DNA of 64,000 bases from Escherichia coli (GCF_013122565.1 NZ_CP053258.1), one strand, 5' to 3'. Positions 44,125-57,334 are shown, numbered from the stretch's first letter. Made by a program: numbers and translations. Notes: a model not told the origin generated them from the sequence alone.

Positions 44125-44388
44125 ATGATCGATCTGGAAAACCAGGAACGGGAGATTATCAATTTAATGTTCAGCCAGCGTATTTCCTGGCTAGCCGCCG
44201 TGCGTATCAGGCATAAATTATCGCTTGCTGAAGTAAGTAAAATGTTAGGTATCTCGATTAATTCTCTAAAACAGATCGAAAAGACGGAACGGCTTAGCTC
44301 AAACATCAAAAGCAAAATGGCAGAAATTTATGGTTGTCCACCAGAGTTGCTGATATGCCCTTCCTGGATGACGGCTGAACATAAATGA
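44125..44388 (+). CDS. XRE/HipB-like HTH-only ORF; probable remnant of the N-terminal domain of yjjJ (hipH) with the kinase domain absent
   Basis: 87 aa with HTH signature (LSLAEVSKMLGISINSLKQIE). It occupies the lplA-deoD interval, which is about 455 bp here versus about 1.4 kb holding a 443-aa HipA-like gene in K-12 as I recall. Confidence 0.5.
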   Translation: MIDLENQEREIINLMFSQRISWLAAVRIRHKLSLAEVSKMLGISINSLKQIEKTERLSSNIKSKMAEIYGCPPELLICPSWMTAEHK

Positions 44389-44485
44389 ATAGATTCGTGA
44401 ATAGATACTTGAATGTATTTTATTTTCTATCCATATGAAAAATAATAGTAAATCTATAAATCAGTTGCTATTGATGAATAGATAC

Positions 44486-44514
44486 TAAAAACCGGAGCAG
44501 TCCCCCACTCCGGC
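44486..44514 (-). terminator. deoD rho-independent terminator
   Basis: Minus-strand stem CCGGAG..CUCCGG followed by UUUUU. Confidence 0.55.
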
Positions 44515-44547
44515 TTAACACGACAATCGCCTTTCAGCGAAACACAA

Positions 44548-45267
44548 TTACTCTTTATCGCCCAGCAGAACGGATTCCAGTGCGATTTTGATCATGTCGT
44601 TGAAGGTGGTCTGACGCTCAGCGGCAGTGGTCTGCTCGTGAGTGCGGATGTGGTCAGATACGGTGCAGATGGTCAGGGCTTTCGCGCCAAATTCTGCAGC
44701 GACGCCGTAGATACCAGCCGCTTCCATTTCCACGCCGAGAATGCCGTATTTTTCCATCACGTCGAACATTTCGCCGTCCGGAGAGTAGAACAGGTCAGCG
44801 GAGAACAGGTTACCAACGCGAGCATCAACGCCCAGTGCTTTAGCCGCGTCTACCGCGTTACGCACCATGTCAAAGTCAGCGATAGCCGCAAAGTCATGGT
44901 CTTTAAAACGGATGCGGTTAACTTTGGAATCGGTGCAGGCACCCATACCGATAACGACGTCGCGCAGTTTTACGTGTGGCAGAACAGCGCCACAGGAACC
45001 CACGCGGATAATTTTCTTCACGCCGAAATCGGTGATCAGTTCTTTGGTGTAGATGGAGCAGGACGGGATACCCATACCGTGACCCATTACGGAAATTTTG
45101 CGGCCTTTGTAAGTACCGGTGAAGCCCAGCATACCGCGAACGTTGTTCACTTCACGGGCATCTTCAAGGAAAGTTTCAGCAATATACTTCGCACGCAGCG
45201 GGTCGCCTGGCATCAAAACTACGTCAGCGAAATCGCCCATTTCTGCATTAATGTGTGGGGTAGCCAT
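44548..45267 (-). CDS. deoD: Purine nucleoside phosphorylase DeoD
   Basis: 239 aa, [59 protein letters not shown]... Confidence 0.97.
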   Translation of the reverse strand: MATPHINAEMGDFADVVLMPGDPLRAKYIAETFLEDAREVNNVRGMLGFTGTYKGRKISVMGHGMGIPSCSIYTKELITDFGVKKIIRVGSCGAVLPHVKLRDVVIGMGACTDSKVNRIRFKDHDFAAIADFDMVRNAVDAAKALGVDARVGNLFSADLFYSPDGEMFDVMEKYGILGVEMEAAGIYGVAAEFGAKALTICTVSDHIRTHEQTTAAERQTTFNDMIKIALESVLLGDKE

Positions 45268-45292
45268 TGTTTTATCCTTATCAACATGTTTT

Positions 45293-45328
45293 CACCCTCT
45301 CCCTGTGGGAGAGGGCCGGGGTGAGGGC
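45293..45328. repeat. GC-rich palindromic intergenic element (boxC-like) between deoB and deoD
   Basis: CACCCTCTCCC-tgt-GGGAGAGGG-CCGGGGTGAGGGC; resembles a dispersed E. coli intergenic repeat family. Confidence 0.4.
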
Positions 45329-45346
45329 ATCAAGCCGCACCCATTA

Positions 45347-46591
<1,245 letters not shown>

Positions 46592-46621
46592 TCAAATTTA
46601 AATGATCAGATCAGTATACCG

Positions 46622-47944
46622 TTATTCGCTGATACGGCGATAGACAGTTGGTGTGCTTTCCGGTGCTTTATCGGCAAGTTTAATTGCCGCTTTCACCGCT
46701 TTCGCCGCTTCCTGCCAGCTGTTTTCGTCTTTCGCGTGGATAACCGCCAGCGGACGCTGACCGTCTACCTGGTCGCCCAGACGCGCCATATCAGTAAAGC
46801 CGACGCTGTAATCGATGGTGTCAGATGCCTGACGACGACCGCCGCCCATTGCAACCACTGCCATCCCCAGCGCGCGGGTATCCATTTCACTGACAAAACC
46901 TTCGGTATCAGCATAGACTGCTTTCGTCAGCATCGCTGTCGGCAGATACTTCGCGTAGTTCTCAACGAAGTCGGTCGGGCCTTTTTGTGCCGCTACCATA
47001 CGACCAAAGACTTCTGCCGCTTTACCGTTGTCCAGCACCGCCTGCAATTTCGCGCGCGCTTCGGCGTCATCTTTCGCCAGTTTGCCGGAGAGCAGCATCT
47101 CCACGCACAGCGCCATCGTGACATCAAACAGACGCGGGTTACGATACTCACCCGTCAGGAACTGCACCGCTTCACGAACTTCAACCGCGTTACCTGCACT
47201 GGAGGCCAGTACCTGATTCATGTCGGTGAGCAGCGCGGTGGTGCGCACGCCAGCGCCGTTAGCCACGCCAACAATCGCTTCGGCAAGGGCTTCAGAGAGT
47301 TCGTAGGTCGGCATAAACGCGCCGCTACCCACTTTCACGTCCATCACCAGCGCGTCCAGACCTTCCGCCAGTTTCTTCGCCAGAATAGAGGCGGTGATCA
47401 GCGGGATTGAATCCACGGTTGCGGTAATATCGCGGGTCGCGTAGAAACGTTTATCCGCCGGAGCCAGTGAGCTGGTCTGGCCGATAATCGCCACGCCGAC
47501 GTCTTTAATAATTTCGCGGAAACGGTTGTCATCCGGGAAAATGTCGAAGCCAGGGATGGATTCCAGTTTGTCGAGCGTACCGCCAGTATGACCGAGGCCG
47601 CGACCGGAGATCATCGGAATATAGCCGCCGCAGGCAGCGACCATCGGCCCCAACATCAGCGAAGTCACATCGCCGACACCGCCGGTCGAGTGTTTATCAA
47701 CAATCGGGCCATTCAGATGCAGGCTTTTCCAGTCGAGAACGGTTCCTGAATCTCGCATCGCCATGGTCAGCGAGACACGCTCAGGCATTGTCATATCGTG
47801 GAAGAAAATGGTCATCGCGAGGGCGGCAATCTGCCCTTCGGAGATAGTGTTGTCGCGAATACCGTTGATAAAGAAACGAATTTCTTCATCGCTCAGCGCA
47901 TGACCATCACGTTTTTTACGAATAATTTCTTGTGCGAGAAACAA
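46622..47944 (-). CDS. deoA: Thymidine phosphorylase DeoA
   Basis: (M)[30 protein letters not shown]... with a TTG start preceded by GGGAGG; 440 aa. The track ORF extends 23 codons upstream. Confidence 0.95.
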
Positions 47945-48021
47945 GGTAACCTCCCGTGGAAAAGAGACGAGGTAATCGGGGAACCGGATGAGCATCGCTG
48001 CGTCATCCGGCAAATCAAGCC

Positions 48022-48801
48022 TTAGTAGCTGCTGGCGCTCTTACCGTCGCCGTGGCCCAGAGCCTTCAGCAGGCTTGCCAGCAAGCTGGAAGCACCAAAG
48101 CGGTAGTGACGCGCATCAGCCCAGTCAGCACCGAACAGTTCATCGGCGATGGCGAGATATTTCTGCGCATCTTCTGCAGTACGTACGCCGCCCGCCGGTT
48201 TGAAACCAACGGTTTTTTCTACGCCCATATCACGGATCACTTCCATCATGATGCGCGCGCTTTCCGGCGTCGCGTTCACTGCTACTTTACCGGTAGAGGT
48301 TTTGATGAAGTCAGCACCCGCTTTGATGGAGATTTCAGACGCTTTACGGATCAGCGCTTCGTCTTTCAGTTCGCCGGTTTCGATGATCACTTTCAGAAGT
48401 ACATTCGCTGCCGCGCAAGCCTCTTTACAGGCTTTCACCAGGTCAAAACCAACCTGCTCGTTACCCGCCATCAGCGCGCGGTACGGGAACACAACGTCAA
48501 CTTCATCAGCACCGTAGGCGATTGCCGCACGGGTTTCTGCCAGCGCGATTTCGATGTCGTCGTTACCATGTGGGAAGTTGGTTACCGTAGCGATACGGAT
48601 TTCCGGGGTGCCCTGCTCTTTCAGGGTTTTGCGAGCAATCGGAATAAAGCGAGGATAGATACAGATAGCGGCGGTATTGCCGACCGGAGTTTTGGCCTGA
48701 TGACACAGGGCAATCACTTTCTCGTCGGTGTCGTCGTCATTCAGGGTGGTCAGGTCCATCAATTTCAGTGCACGCAGGCTGCTTGCTTTCAGATCAGTCA
48801 T
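48022..48801 (-). CDS. deoC: Deoxyribose-phosphate aldolase DeoC
   Basis: [54 protein letters not shown]...; 259 aa. The track ORF extends 8 codons upstream. Confidence 0.95.
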
Positions 48802-49058
48802 TTCATTCTCCTGGCTTGTCGCCAATAAAATTCACCTTGCGAGTTTGTTAGTATTCTAACATCTACTCCGCAACACACTTCGATATACATCACAATTAAG
48901 GAAATCTACTTACAAGTTTGCATCACTGTTATGCGATCTGGTTCAAATAATTCGCTTTCAAATGAATGCGTCAGTGGTGGCAAACGCATCAGGATCAAAG
49001 TGAACATCATGAAACTTCTTACAATGGCGCATCACCTTCGGCATAAAAGGAAAAGAAG
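48802..49058. promoter_or_regulatory. Divergent deoCABD / yjjI promoter-operator region
   Basis: Positional: intergenic region between divergent deoC and yjjI, where deoP1/P2 with DeoR and CytR/CRP sites lie in K-12. Individual sites were not mapped. Confidence 0.45.
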
Positions 49059-50609
49059 ATGCCCACTTCTCATGAAAATGCACTGCAACAACGTTGCCAG
49101 CAAATTGTCACCAGTCCAGTGCTTAGCCCGGAGCAGAAGCGCCATTTTCTGGCACTGGAAGCAGAAAACAATCTGCCTTACCCGCAGCTTCCTGCCGAAG
49201 CCCGCCGCGCGCTGGATGAGGGTGTAATCTGCGATATGTTTGAAGGTCATGCGCCGTACAAACCGCGCTATGTCTTACCCGATTACGCCCGTTTTCTGGC
49301 GAACGGTTCCGAATGGCTGGAGCTGGAAGGCGCGAAAGATCTTGATGACGCACTCTCTCTGCTGACCATTCTTTACCACCACGTACCGTCGGTCACATCG
49401 ATGCCGGTCTACCTGGGGCAACTGGATGTGTTGCTGCAACCGTATGTTAGAATTCTAACACAAGACGAGATTGATATTCGAATAAAACGTTTCTGGCGTT
49501 ACCTCGACAGAACCCTGCCAGACGCCTTTATGCACGCCAATATCGGCCCATCTGATTCGCCCATTACCCGCGCGATCTTACGTGCAGACGCAGAGTTGAA
49601 GCAGGTTTCACCGAACCTGACCTTTATCTACGATCCTGAAATCACCCCTGATGACCTGCTGCTGGAAGTGGCGAAGAACATCTGTGAATGTAGCAAACCG
49701 CACATCGCCAACGGTCCGGTGCATGATAAAATTTTCACAAAAGGGGGCTACGGGATTGTGAGCTGTTACAACTCACTGCCGCTGGCAGGTGGTGGCAGCA
49801 CGCTGGTACGCCTTAACCTGAAAGCCATTGCCGAGCGCAGCGAATCGCTGGATGACTTCTTTACGCGCACTCTACCGCACTACTGCCAGCAGCAGATCGC
49901 CATCATCGATGCGCGGTGTGAATTCCTCTATCAACAATCACACTTCTTTGAGAATAGCTTCCTGGTGAAAGAAGGGCTGATTAACCCTGAACGTTTTGTG
50001 CCAATGTTTGGCATGTATGGGCTGGCGGAAGCGGTTAACTTGCTGTGTGAGAAAGAAGGGATTGCCGCGCGCTACGGTAAAGAAGCCGCCGCAAATGAAG
50101 TGGGTTATCGCATCAGCGCGCAACTGGCGGAGTTTGTCGCCAATACCCCCGTGAAATATGGCTGGCAAAAACGCGCCATGTTACACGCACAGTCGGGGAT
50201 CAGTTCCGATATCGGCACCACGCCGGGCGCGCGTTTGCCGTATGGCGATGAGCCAGATCCGATCACCCATCTGCAAACTGTCGCCCCGCATCATGCTTAT
50301 TATTATTCCGGCATCAGCGACATTCTGACGCTCGACGAAACCATCAAACGTAACCCGCAGGCACTGGTACAGCTTTGCCTCGGTGCCTTTAAAGCCGGAA
50401 TGCGTGAATTTACCGCCAATGTCAGCGGTAACGATCTGGTTCGCGTTACCGGTTATATGGTGCGTTTGTCGGATTTAGAAAAATATCGCGCCGAAGGTTC
50501 ACGTACCAACACCACCTGGCTGGGCGAAGAAGCCGCACGCAACACTCGTATTCTGGAACGCCAGCCGCGCGTGATAAGCCATGAACAGCAGATGCGCTTT
50601 AGTCAGTAA
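49059..50609 (+). CDS. yjjI: Glycyl-radical-enzyme-like protein YjjI (DUF3029)
   Basis: 516 aa, followed by and overlapping its activase-like partner yjjW. Confidence 0.9.
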   Translation: MPTSHENALQQRCQQIVTSPVLSPEQKRHFLALEAENNLPYPQLPAEARRALDEGVICDMFEGHAPYKPRYVLPDYARFLANGSEWLELEGAKDLDDALSLLTILYHHVPSVTSMPVYLGQLDVLLQPYVRILTQDEIDIRIKRFWRYLDRTLPDAFMHANIGPSDSPITRAILRADAELKQVSPNLTFIYDPEITPDDLLLEVAKNICECSKPHIANGPVHDKIFTKGGYGIVSCYNSLPLAGGGSTLVRLNLKAIAERSESLDDFFTRTLPHYCQQQIAIIDARCEFLYQQSHFFENSFLVKEGLINPERFVPMFGMYGLAEAVNLLCEKEGIAARYGKEAAANEVGYRISAQLAEFVANTPVKYGWQKRAMLHAQSGISSDIGTTPGARLPYGDEPDPITHLQTVAPHHAYYYSGISDILTLDETIKRNPQALVQLCLGAFKAGMREFTANVSGNDLVRVTGYMVRLSDLEKYRAEGSRTNTTWLGEEAARNTRILERQPRVISHEQQMRFSQ

Positions 50610-51444
50610 GATTATCCCCTTCTCCTGCGTTGACGGGCCAGGCAGTCGTCTGGCTCTGTTTTTGCAGGGCTGCAATCTGCGCTGCAAAAACTGTCACAAT
50701 CCGTGGACGATGGGACGTTGCAATGACTGCGGGGAGTGCGTGCCACAGTGTCCGCATCAGGCGTTGCAGATTGTTGACGGCAAAGTGGTGTGGAACGCTG
50801 TGGTCTGCGAGCAGTGTGATACCTGCCTGAAGATGTGTCCGCAACATGCCACGCCAATGGCGCAGTCCATGAGCGTGGATGAGGTGCTTAGCCATATCCG
50901 CAAAGCAGTGCTGTTTATCGAAGGGATAACGGTAAGCGGCGGCGAAGCCACGACCCAGCTGCCGTTTGTGGTGGCGCTGTTTACTGTTATCAAAAACGAT
51001 CCGCAACTGCGCCACCTCACCTGCCTGGTGGACAGTAACGGTATGTTGAGCGAAACCGGCTGGGAAAAATTGCTCCCGGTGTGCGACGGCGCAATGCTCG
51101 ATCTCAAAGCGTGGGGGAGCGAATGTCATCAACAACTCACCGGACGCGATAATCAGCAGATTAAGCGCAGCATCTATTTGCTGGCAGAGCGCGGCAAGCT
51201 GGCGGAACTGCGTTTGCTGGTGATCCCTGGCCAGGTGGATTATTTGCAACACATCGAAGAACTGGCGGCGTTTATCAAGGGACTCGGCGATGTTCCGGTA
51301 CGCCTGAACGCGTTTCATGCCCACGGCGTGTATGGCGAGGCGCAAAGCTGGGCGAGCGCCACGCCGGAAGACGTTGAGCCGTTGGCTGATGCGTTAAAGG
51401 TGCGCGGGGTGAGCCGGTTGATATTTCCGGCGCTCTATTTGTGA
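50581..51444 (+). CDS. yjjW: Glycyl-radical enzyme activating (radical SAM) protein YjjW
   Basis: 287 aa with CxxxCxxC (CNLRCKNC) and ferredoxin-like Cys clusters; 29-nt overlap with yjjI. Confidence 0.9.
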   Translation: MNSRCALVSKIIPFSCVDGPGSRLALFLQGCNLRCKNCHNPWTMGRCNDCGECVPQCPHQALQIVDGKVVWNAVVCEQCDTCLKMCPQHATPMAQSMSVDEVLSHIRKAVLFIEGITVSGGEATTQLPFVVALFTVIKNDPQLRHLTCLVDSNGMLSETGWEKLLPVCDGAMLDLKAWGSECHQQLTGRDNQQIKRSIYLLAERGKLAELRLLVIPGQVDYLQHIEELAAFIKGLGDVPVRLNAFHAHGVYGEAQSWASATPEDVEPLADALKVRGVSRLIFPALYL

Positions 51445-51712
51445 CATGCCGGATACGGCCTACGGTTCGGCACAGACTTGTAGGCCTGATAAGACGCGTC
51501 AAGCGTCGCATCAGGCATTGTGCGCCAACTGCCGGATGCGGCGTGAACGCCTTATCCGGCCTACGGTTCGGCACAAACCTGTAGGCATGATAAGACGCGA
51601 CAAGCGTCGCATCAGGCATTATGCGCCGACTGCCGGATGCGGCGTAAACGCCTTATCCGGCATTGAGCGCCAACTGCCGGATGCGGCGTGAACGCCTTAT
51701 CCGGCCTACGGC
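51445..51712. repeat. BIME / cluster of at least four REP elements
   Basis: Tandem alternating GCCGGATGCGGCGTGAACGCCTTATCCGGCCTAC and GCCTGATAAGACGCG..GCGTCGCATCAGGC palindromes between convergent yjjW and yjjV. Confidence 0.85.
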
Positions 51713-52485
51713 ACGTTAAACACCGTATACGTGTTATTAAGCAACGCTTGTGCAATCTCATCCGCGGGTTCCGGGCGCAACTCGCAAAGCACGTCAAACA
51801 CCCGCGCAGCCTGTTCCGGGCGGTTAGGCTGCCCCTGAAAGCCGTTGAGCGGCATATCCGGCGCGTCGGTTTCCAGCAACAACGATGCCAGCGGTAATTT
51901 TGCGATGACATCGCGGGTTTTACTGGCGCGTGGATAGGTGATAGTACCGCCTACGCCGATTTTGTAGCCCAGCTGTACAAACCGTTCAGCCTGTTGCTGG
52001 CTACCAGAAAATCCGTGGACAACACCAGCACGCGGCAAATCGTGGCGTTTAAGATGCATCGCCAGTTTGTCGTGCGTGCGCCGTGAATGCAGGATCACCG
52101 GCAGATCGTAGCGTTTCGCCAGTTTCAGTTGTTCGTCGAGCAACCACTGCTGCCTCTCAAATTGCGGATCGTCGCCAAAGAGATCCAGGCCGATCTCTCC
52201 CACCGCCACCACCTTCGCCGGACGCCTTTCCAGCGCCTGCTGTAGCTGATCAAGAGACACATCGCTATGTTTTTCCAACATACCAGGATGCAAGCCCAAT
52301 GCGGCATACAGCGGTTGATAATTTTCCGCTAACGCCTGCACGCGGGCAAAATTTTCCGCCTCTGTCGCCGGAACAATGATCTTGCCTACGCCCGCTTGTG
52401 CCGCGCGTTGCAGGCTGGCCTCTTCATCGCCACTAAACGGCGGGAAATCAAAATGGCAGTGGGTGTCGATAAAACGGCAAATCAA
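51706..52485 (-). CDS. yjjV: TatD-family metal-dependent hydrolase YjjV
   Basis: 259 aa, MICRFIDTHCHFDFPPF... Confidence 0.9.
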   Translation of the reverse strand: MICRFIDTHCHFDFPPFSGDEEASLQRAAQAGVGKIIVPATEAENFARVQALAENYQPLYAALGLHPGMLEKHSDVSLDQLQQALERRPAKVVAVGEIGLDLFGDDPQFERQQWLLDEQLKLAKRYDLPVILHSRRTHDKLAMHLKRHDLPRAGVVHGFSGSQQQAERFVQLGYKIGVGGTITYPRASKTRDVIAKLPLASLLLETDAPDMPLNGFQGQPNRPEQAARVFDVLCELRPEPADEIAQALLNNTYTVFNVP

Positions 52486-53555
52486 GCCAAATCCTCATTG
52501 TTAAATGCCGGGTCGTTCGCCTGTGGAGCATCGCTCACTTCGGCAACCAGCGTATCGTTGGCGACTGGCGCAGGCGGAATAACGATCGATTCCGGCGTCA
52601 CCACCGGCACCAGATGGCGGGTAAGCGGCGCTTTTTCAGTCAATAACTTACCGACCGTTGCCAGAAAATAACGACCGCATAAACGCCCAAGTTTATAGTC
52701 TTCACGCAGCGCCGGAATCCGACTGCCAAGCGCGATACTATGTAATGGCTTCGGCGGATAAATTTCGAATATCCGCAGCTTGCCCGGTGGTTTCTCAATA
52801 AATTGCTGAATGTCACGATAGCTGGTTTCATGATGCTGCACCAGATTGACCAGCGGCTGCAGGCTACTGTCACCCAGCCAGCGTTCCATGCGTTTGAACC
52901 ACTGCGGCGTGTAGTACATTTGTGACGGCACAGTGCGAATGACGACCAACGTTTTAGCGCCCTGCCTTGCCGCCTCTTTAACCGGAATCGCATCACTGAT
53001 CCCGCCATCCAGGTAGTTAATGCCTTCCAGCGACACTCCGCTACGATAAAAGCCAGGTATCGCACTGGAGGCGCGAATCACATCCAGCCAGTTTTGTTTG
53101 GTTGGTAAAAAGTAATTCGGCGCGTAGTCATCCTGACGACAGGCGCACATATAAAACGATTTGCCGCTGTCAAACAACCGCGCGGCGGTATCCATTTGCA
53201 ACGGCATCTGGCTTGCGGTGGCCTCCACCAGCCAGTCGAGATCGATAAGATTTCCTCCACGGACAAAGCGCAATGGATCGAAAAATTCGCGTTTTGTGGT
53301 ATAGCGCATGATGACTTTGCGCGCGTAACCGGGCTGATTGCAGATATACGCCGAGAGGTTCTGCGCCCCGGCAGATGTGCCGAGATAAAGATCGAAAGGA
53401 TTAAACTGCGCGCGCATAAACTCATCCAGCACGCCAGCCGTGAAAATTCCACGCTGCCCGCCGCCTTCGCACACCAGAGCTATTCGTCCAGGCTGGAACG
53501 GCCTTAGCGACAACGGCGCAATATTACCAAGCGTTACAGGTATTCGCTGCCCCAC
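52482..53555 (-). CDS. yjjU: Patatin-like phospholipase YjjU
   Basis: GGGQRG and GTSAG patatin motifs. Start is uncertain; a GTG giving 357 aa was chosen (the track ORF is 369 aa). Confidence 0.85.
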   Translation of the reverse strand: MGQRIPVTLGNIAPLSLRPFQPGRIALVCEGGGQRGIFTAGVLDEFMRAQFNPFDLYLGTSAGAQNLSAYICNQPGYARKVIMRYTTKREFFDPLRFVRGGNLIDLDWLVEATASQMPLQMDTAARLFDSGKSFYMCACRQDDYAPNYFLPTKQNWLDVIRASSAIPGFYRSGVSLEGINYLDGGISDAIPVKEAARQGAKTLVVIRTVPSQMYYTPQWFKRMERWLGDSSLQPLVNLVQHHETSYRDIQQFIEKPPGKLRIFEIYPPKPLHSIALGSRIPALREDYKLGRLCGRYFLATVGKLLTEKAPLTRHLVPVVTPESIVIPPAPVANDTLVAEVSDAPQANDPAFNNEDLA

Positions 53556-53676
53556 CTCTGCCTTCCTGTTTTTGTTGTGAAAGAATGACAAAGTAACGCA
53601 ATTTATTATTCGCTAAAACCGCAAAAGCCAGTCCGCTGGACTGGCTTTGGATAAAATTTTCTTAATGGTCTGAAAT

Positions 53677-53838
53677 CTAGGGTCGTTTTCGGCCCATGAA
53701 CAAACTCACCAGGAACAGAATAATCCCGACGACAAAGACAATTTTAGCTGCGCCTGCAGCGGTACCGGCCAGACCACCAAACCCAAGTGCGGCGGCGATT
53801 AACGCGATAACCAGAAATATGATGCCCCAACGAAACAT
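53677..53838 (-). CDS. ytjA: Small membrane protein YtjA (DUF1328)
   Basis: [53 protein letters not shown] (53 aa); the track ORF extends 10 codons upstream. Confidence 0.8.
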
Positions 53839-53964
53839 AAGCGTCTCCTTTACCATAGTTAATGTCACCGCTTGATATGAGCGTGAAAATCACTCAATGC
53901 GATATTTTTAGTGTGGTGCACATCGCGCCTCCCGACAAAGTTCGGGAGGACGAATTACGACGAA

Positions 53965-54570
53965 TTACTTAGTTTTCAGATCATTTTTAACGCTTTTCAC
54001 ACCATCTACCGCTTTGGCGATACTTTCAGCACGGTCACTTTGTGCCTGAGAATCTACGGTACCGGAGAGCTGAACCACGCCATCGGTGGTTTCAACTTTC
54101 ACATGACGGGAAGGGACGATATCGTCCGCCAGCAGTTTGGCTTTGATTTCACTGGTGGTGGCGGTGTCACCCGCGTAGCCTTTCACCGAGCCTTCTTTAG
54201 CGTCGCGAACGTGCAGTTTGTCGCTGACAGAGGTCACGCCTTCAACGCCTTTCGCCACTTTCACTGCCTCTTCGGCCTGAGCCTGGCTTTCAACGAAACC
54301 GCTCAGGGTCACGACTTTTTGATCGGTTTTGACAGAGATATCGGTGCTCTTGATGTTGTCATGATCCACCAGCGCCGCCTTCACTTTCGCGGTGATGGCG
54401 CTGTCATCCATGAAATTACCGACTTTATTCATAGAGCTATCGACTTTTTGCCCTGCGCTTTCATTGGTAGTCTGCGCGTTGTTTTCCGCGTAGGCAGAGC
54501 CGGTCGCGACGGCAGAGGTCAACATTACAGCCAGCAGAGTTTTCGAAATCTTCAGTCTTGTCATAGTCAT
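53965..54570 (-). CDS. osmY: Osmotically inducible periplasmic protein OsmY
   Basis: [28 protein letters not shown]... with two BON domains; 201 aa. The track ORF extends 26 codons upstream. Confidence 0.95.
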
Positions 54571-54962
54571 CGATTTATTCCTGTATGTTTGCTCGTAATT
54601 TGAGCCTGGCAACACGAGGTTGCATTGCTGAATAGGGAGAGACTTCACCCTCTACAGAAGTCAATGGTCGCCATCACAAAAGCGATGGGTGATGAATAAC
54701 GACCATTACAGCCTCTGAATCAGTTATTAATATCGGTAGAATGACAATCGACGGCTTTAGATACTGATATCTACGCATTGAACGGTATTTAACGCCGTCA
54801 GAAATGTCATCACTTTGTTAAATATAGATCACAATTTTGAAACCGCTCGGGATATCAGCGAAAACATAAGCAAAAGTGAATGTTTTAAGAACATTCCGTA
54901 AGCGGCTAATAAGGAAGGGAAATTGACAGGGCGCAGCGGCTACCGCGCCCTGGAGGCAAGAA

Positions 54963-56552
54963 TTAATGCTCGCGGGTCTGGTGGAACTGAACGTCCGGAT
55001 AACGTTCCTGCGCCAGGCGCAGGTTAACCATGCTGGTAGCGATGTAAGCGAGGTTATCGCCGCCATCAAGCGCCAGTTGGCTTTCGTTCTTACGCTTGAA
55101 CTCTTCGAATTTCTTCGCGTCCGCACATTCTACCCAGCGGGCAGTGGCAACGTTGACTGACTCATACACTGCTTCAACGTTGTATTCGCTCTTCAGGCGC
55201 GCTACCACCACATCAAACTGCAGCACACCAACTGCACCAACGATCAGGTCGTTGTTGGAGATCGGACGGAACACCTGCACCGCGCCCTCTTCGGAAAGCT
55301 GTACCAGCCCTTTGAGTAGCTGTTTTTGCTTCAGCGGATCTTTCAGACGGATACGACGGAACAGTTCTGGCGCGAAGTTCGGAATACCGGTGAACTTCAT
55401 CATCTCACCCTGGGTAAAGGTGTCGCCGATCTGAATGGTGCCGTGGTTGTGCAGACCAAGGATATCGCCAGGATACGCTTCTTCAACGTGCGAACGGTCA
55501 CCCGCCATAAAGGTCAGCGCGTCGGAGATCACCACATCTTTCGCAGTACGCACCTGGCGCAGCTTCATGCCTTTTTCATATTTACCGGACACCACACGCA
55601 TAAACGCCACGCGGTCGCGGTGTTTCGGGTCCATGTTGGCCTGAATTTTAAATACGAAGCCGGTAAATTTATCTTCGCTCGCTTCTACGGTACGGGTATC
55701 GGTCTGACGCGGCATCGGCGCAGGCGCCCACTCCACCAGGCCATCCAGCATATGATCGACGCCGAAGTTACCCAGCGCAGTACCGAAGAATACCGGAGTG
55801 ATTTCGCCCGCAAGGAACAATTCTTTGTCGAACTCGTTAGACGCGCCTTTCACCAGTTCCAGTTCGTCACGCAGCTGCTGTGCCAGATCTTCACCAACCG
55901 CAGCGTCGAGATCCGGGTTGTTCAGCCCTTTAACAATACGGACTTCTTGAATCGTGTGACCTTTACCGCTCTGATAGAGATAGGTTTCGTCTTTATAAAG
56001 GTGGTAAACGCCTTTAAACAGCTTGCCGCAGCCAATCGGCCAGGTGATCGGCGCACAGCCGATTTTCAGCTCGTTCTCAACTTCATCGAGCAGCTCCATC
56101 GGGTCGCGGATATCACGGTCAAGTTTGTTCATAAAGGTGAGGATCGGCGTGTCGCGCAGACGGGTAACTTCCATCAGCTTACGGGTACGATCTTCAACAC
56201 CTTTTGCAGCGTCGATAACCATCAGGCAGCAGTCCACCGCCGTCAGGGTACGATAGGTATCTTCCGAGAAGTCTTCGTGCCCCGGGGTGTCGAGGAGGTT
56301 AACCAGGCAATCGTGATACGGAAACTGCATCACAGACGTAGTAATGGAGATCCCACGCTGCTTTTCCATCTCCATCCAGTCCGACTTAGCGTGCTGGTTG
56401 GAACCACGGCCTTTTACTGTACCGGCGGTCTGAATGGCCTGTCCGAACAGCAGCACCTTCTCGGTGATGGTAGTCTTACCGGCGTCCGGGTGAGAAATAA
56501 TGGCAAAAGTGCGGCGCTTCGCCACCTCTTGCAAATAAGGAGACAACGTCAT
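54963..56552 (-). CDS. prfC: Peptide chain release factor 3
   Basis: [37 protein letters not shown]...; 529 aa GTPase. The track ORF extends 9 codons upstream. Confidence 0.96.
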
Positions 56553-56642
56553 AATTCTTTCTTCTTGAGTAAGCGGCATCGCGCCGCGCTTGTTGAAAAC
56601 GAAAAATTGCGGCTATTTTACCCATCAACGGGGGGGAGGCAA

Positions 56643-57320
56643 TCAGTGTTTACACAGGAGCTGCTCCAGTTCGTGCAACGAAGAAACGGTCCAGGTGGGC
56701 GCGATGCCTTCTGGTTGCTCGCGATTGTGCGCATTCAGCCAGCAGGTCGCAAGCCCGGCGTTGATGCCACCGAGAATATCGGACTCGGCAGTGTCGCCAA
56801 CCATCAGCACGCGTGAACGGTCAGGATTGCCCGCCTGTTCCAGCGCATAATCGAAAATTTTCTTATTCGGTTTAGCAACGCCAACTTCTTCGGAAATCAC
56901 CAGCAAATCGAAATAATCACGCAGGCCCGTGCGTTCCAGACGCACTTGCTGCAAGGCGCTAAAGCCGTTGGTGATGATGCCAATTTTAGCGTTGCCACGA
57001 ATGGCGTTAAGCAGAGAAACCGCGCCCGGCAGCGGCGTACAGATTTCCGCCATCGCATTAATAAAGGCTTCGTTGAGTTTACCCGGCTCGACGTTCAGCC
57101 GTTCGGCCCAGCTCTCAAACCGCCCGTGCTGAAGCTGTAATGAAGTGATCGCGCCGTTTTGATAATCCACCCACAGTGGCTTGTTAACGGCCTGATAGTC
57201 CTGAAAATCTTCAGCGGTAAAGGTGACGCTGTAATCAAGAAACATCCGCTGCAGGCCGGTGAATGAGTCAAAGGTAAACAGCGTTTCATCGGCATCAAAG
57301 AAAATCCAGTCCCACTTCAT
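56643..57320 (-). CDS. yjjG: HAD-family pyrimidine 5'-nucleotidase YjjG
   Basis: 225 aa, [17 protein letters not shown]... (DxDxT HAD motif). Confidence 0.93.
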   Translation of the reverse strand: MKWDWIFFDADETLFTFDSFTGLQRMFLDYSVTFTAEDFQDYQAVNKPLWVDYQNGAITSLQLQHGRFESWAERLNVEPGKLNEAFINAMAEICTPLPGAVSLLNAIRGNAKIGIITNGFSALQQVRLERTGLRDYFDLLVISEEVGVAKPNKKIFDYALEQAGNPDRSRVLMVGDTAESDILGGINAGLATCWLNAHNREQPEGIAPTWTVSSLHELEQLLCKH

Positions 57321-57334
57321 TATTCCACCTTGTA

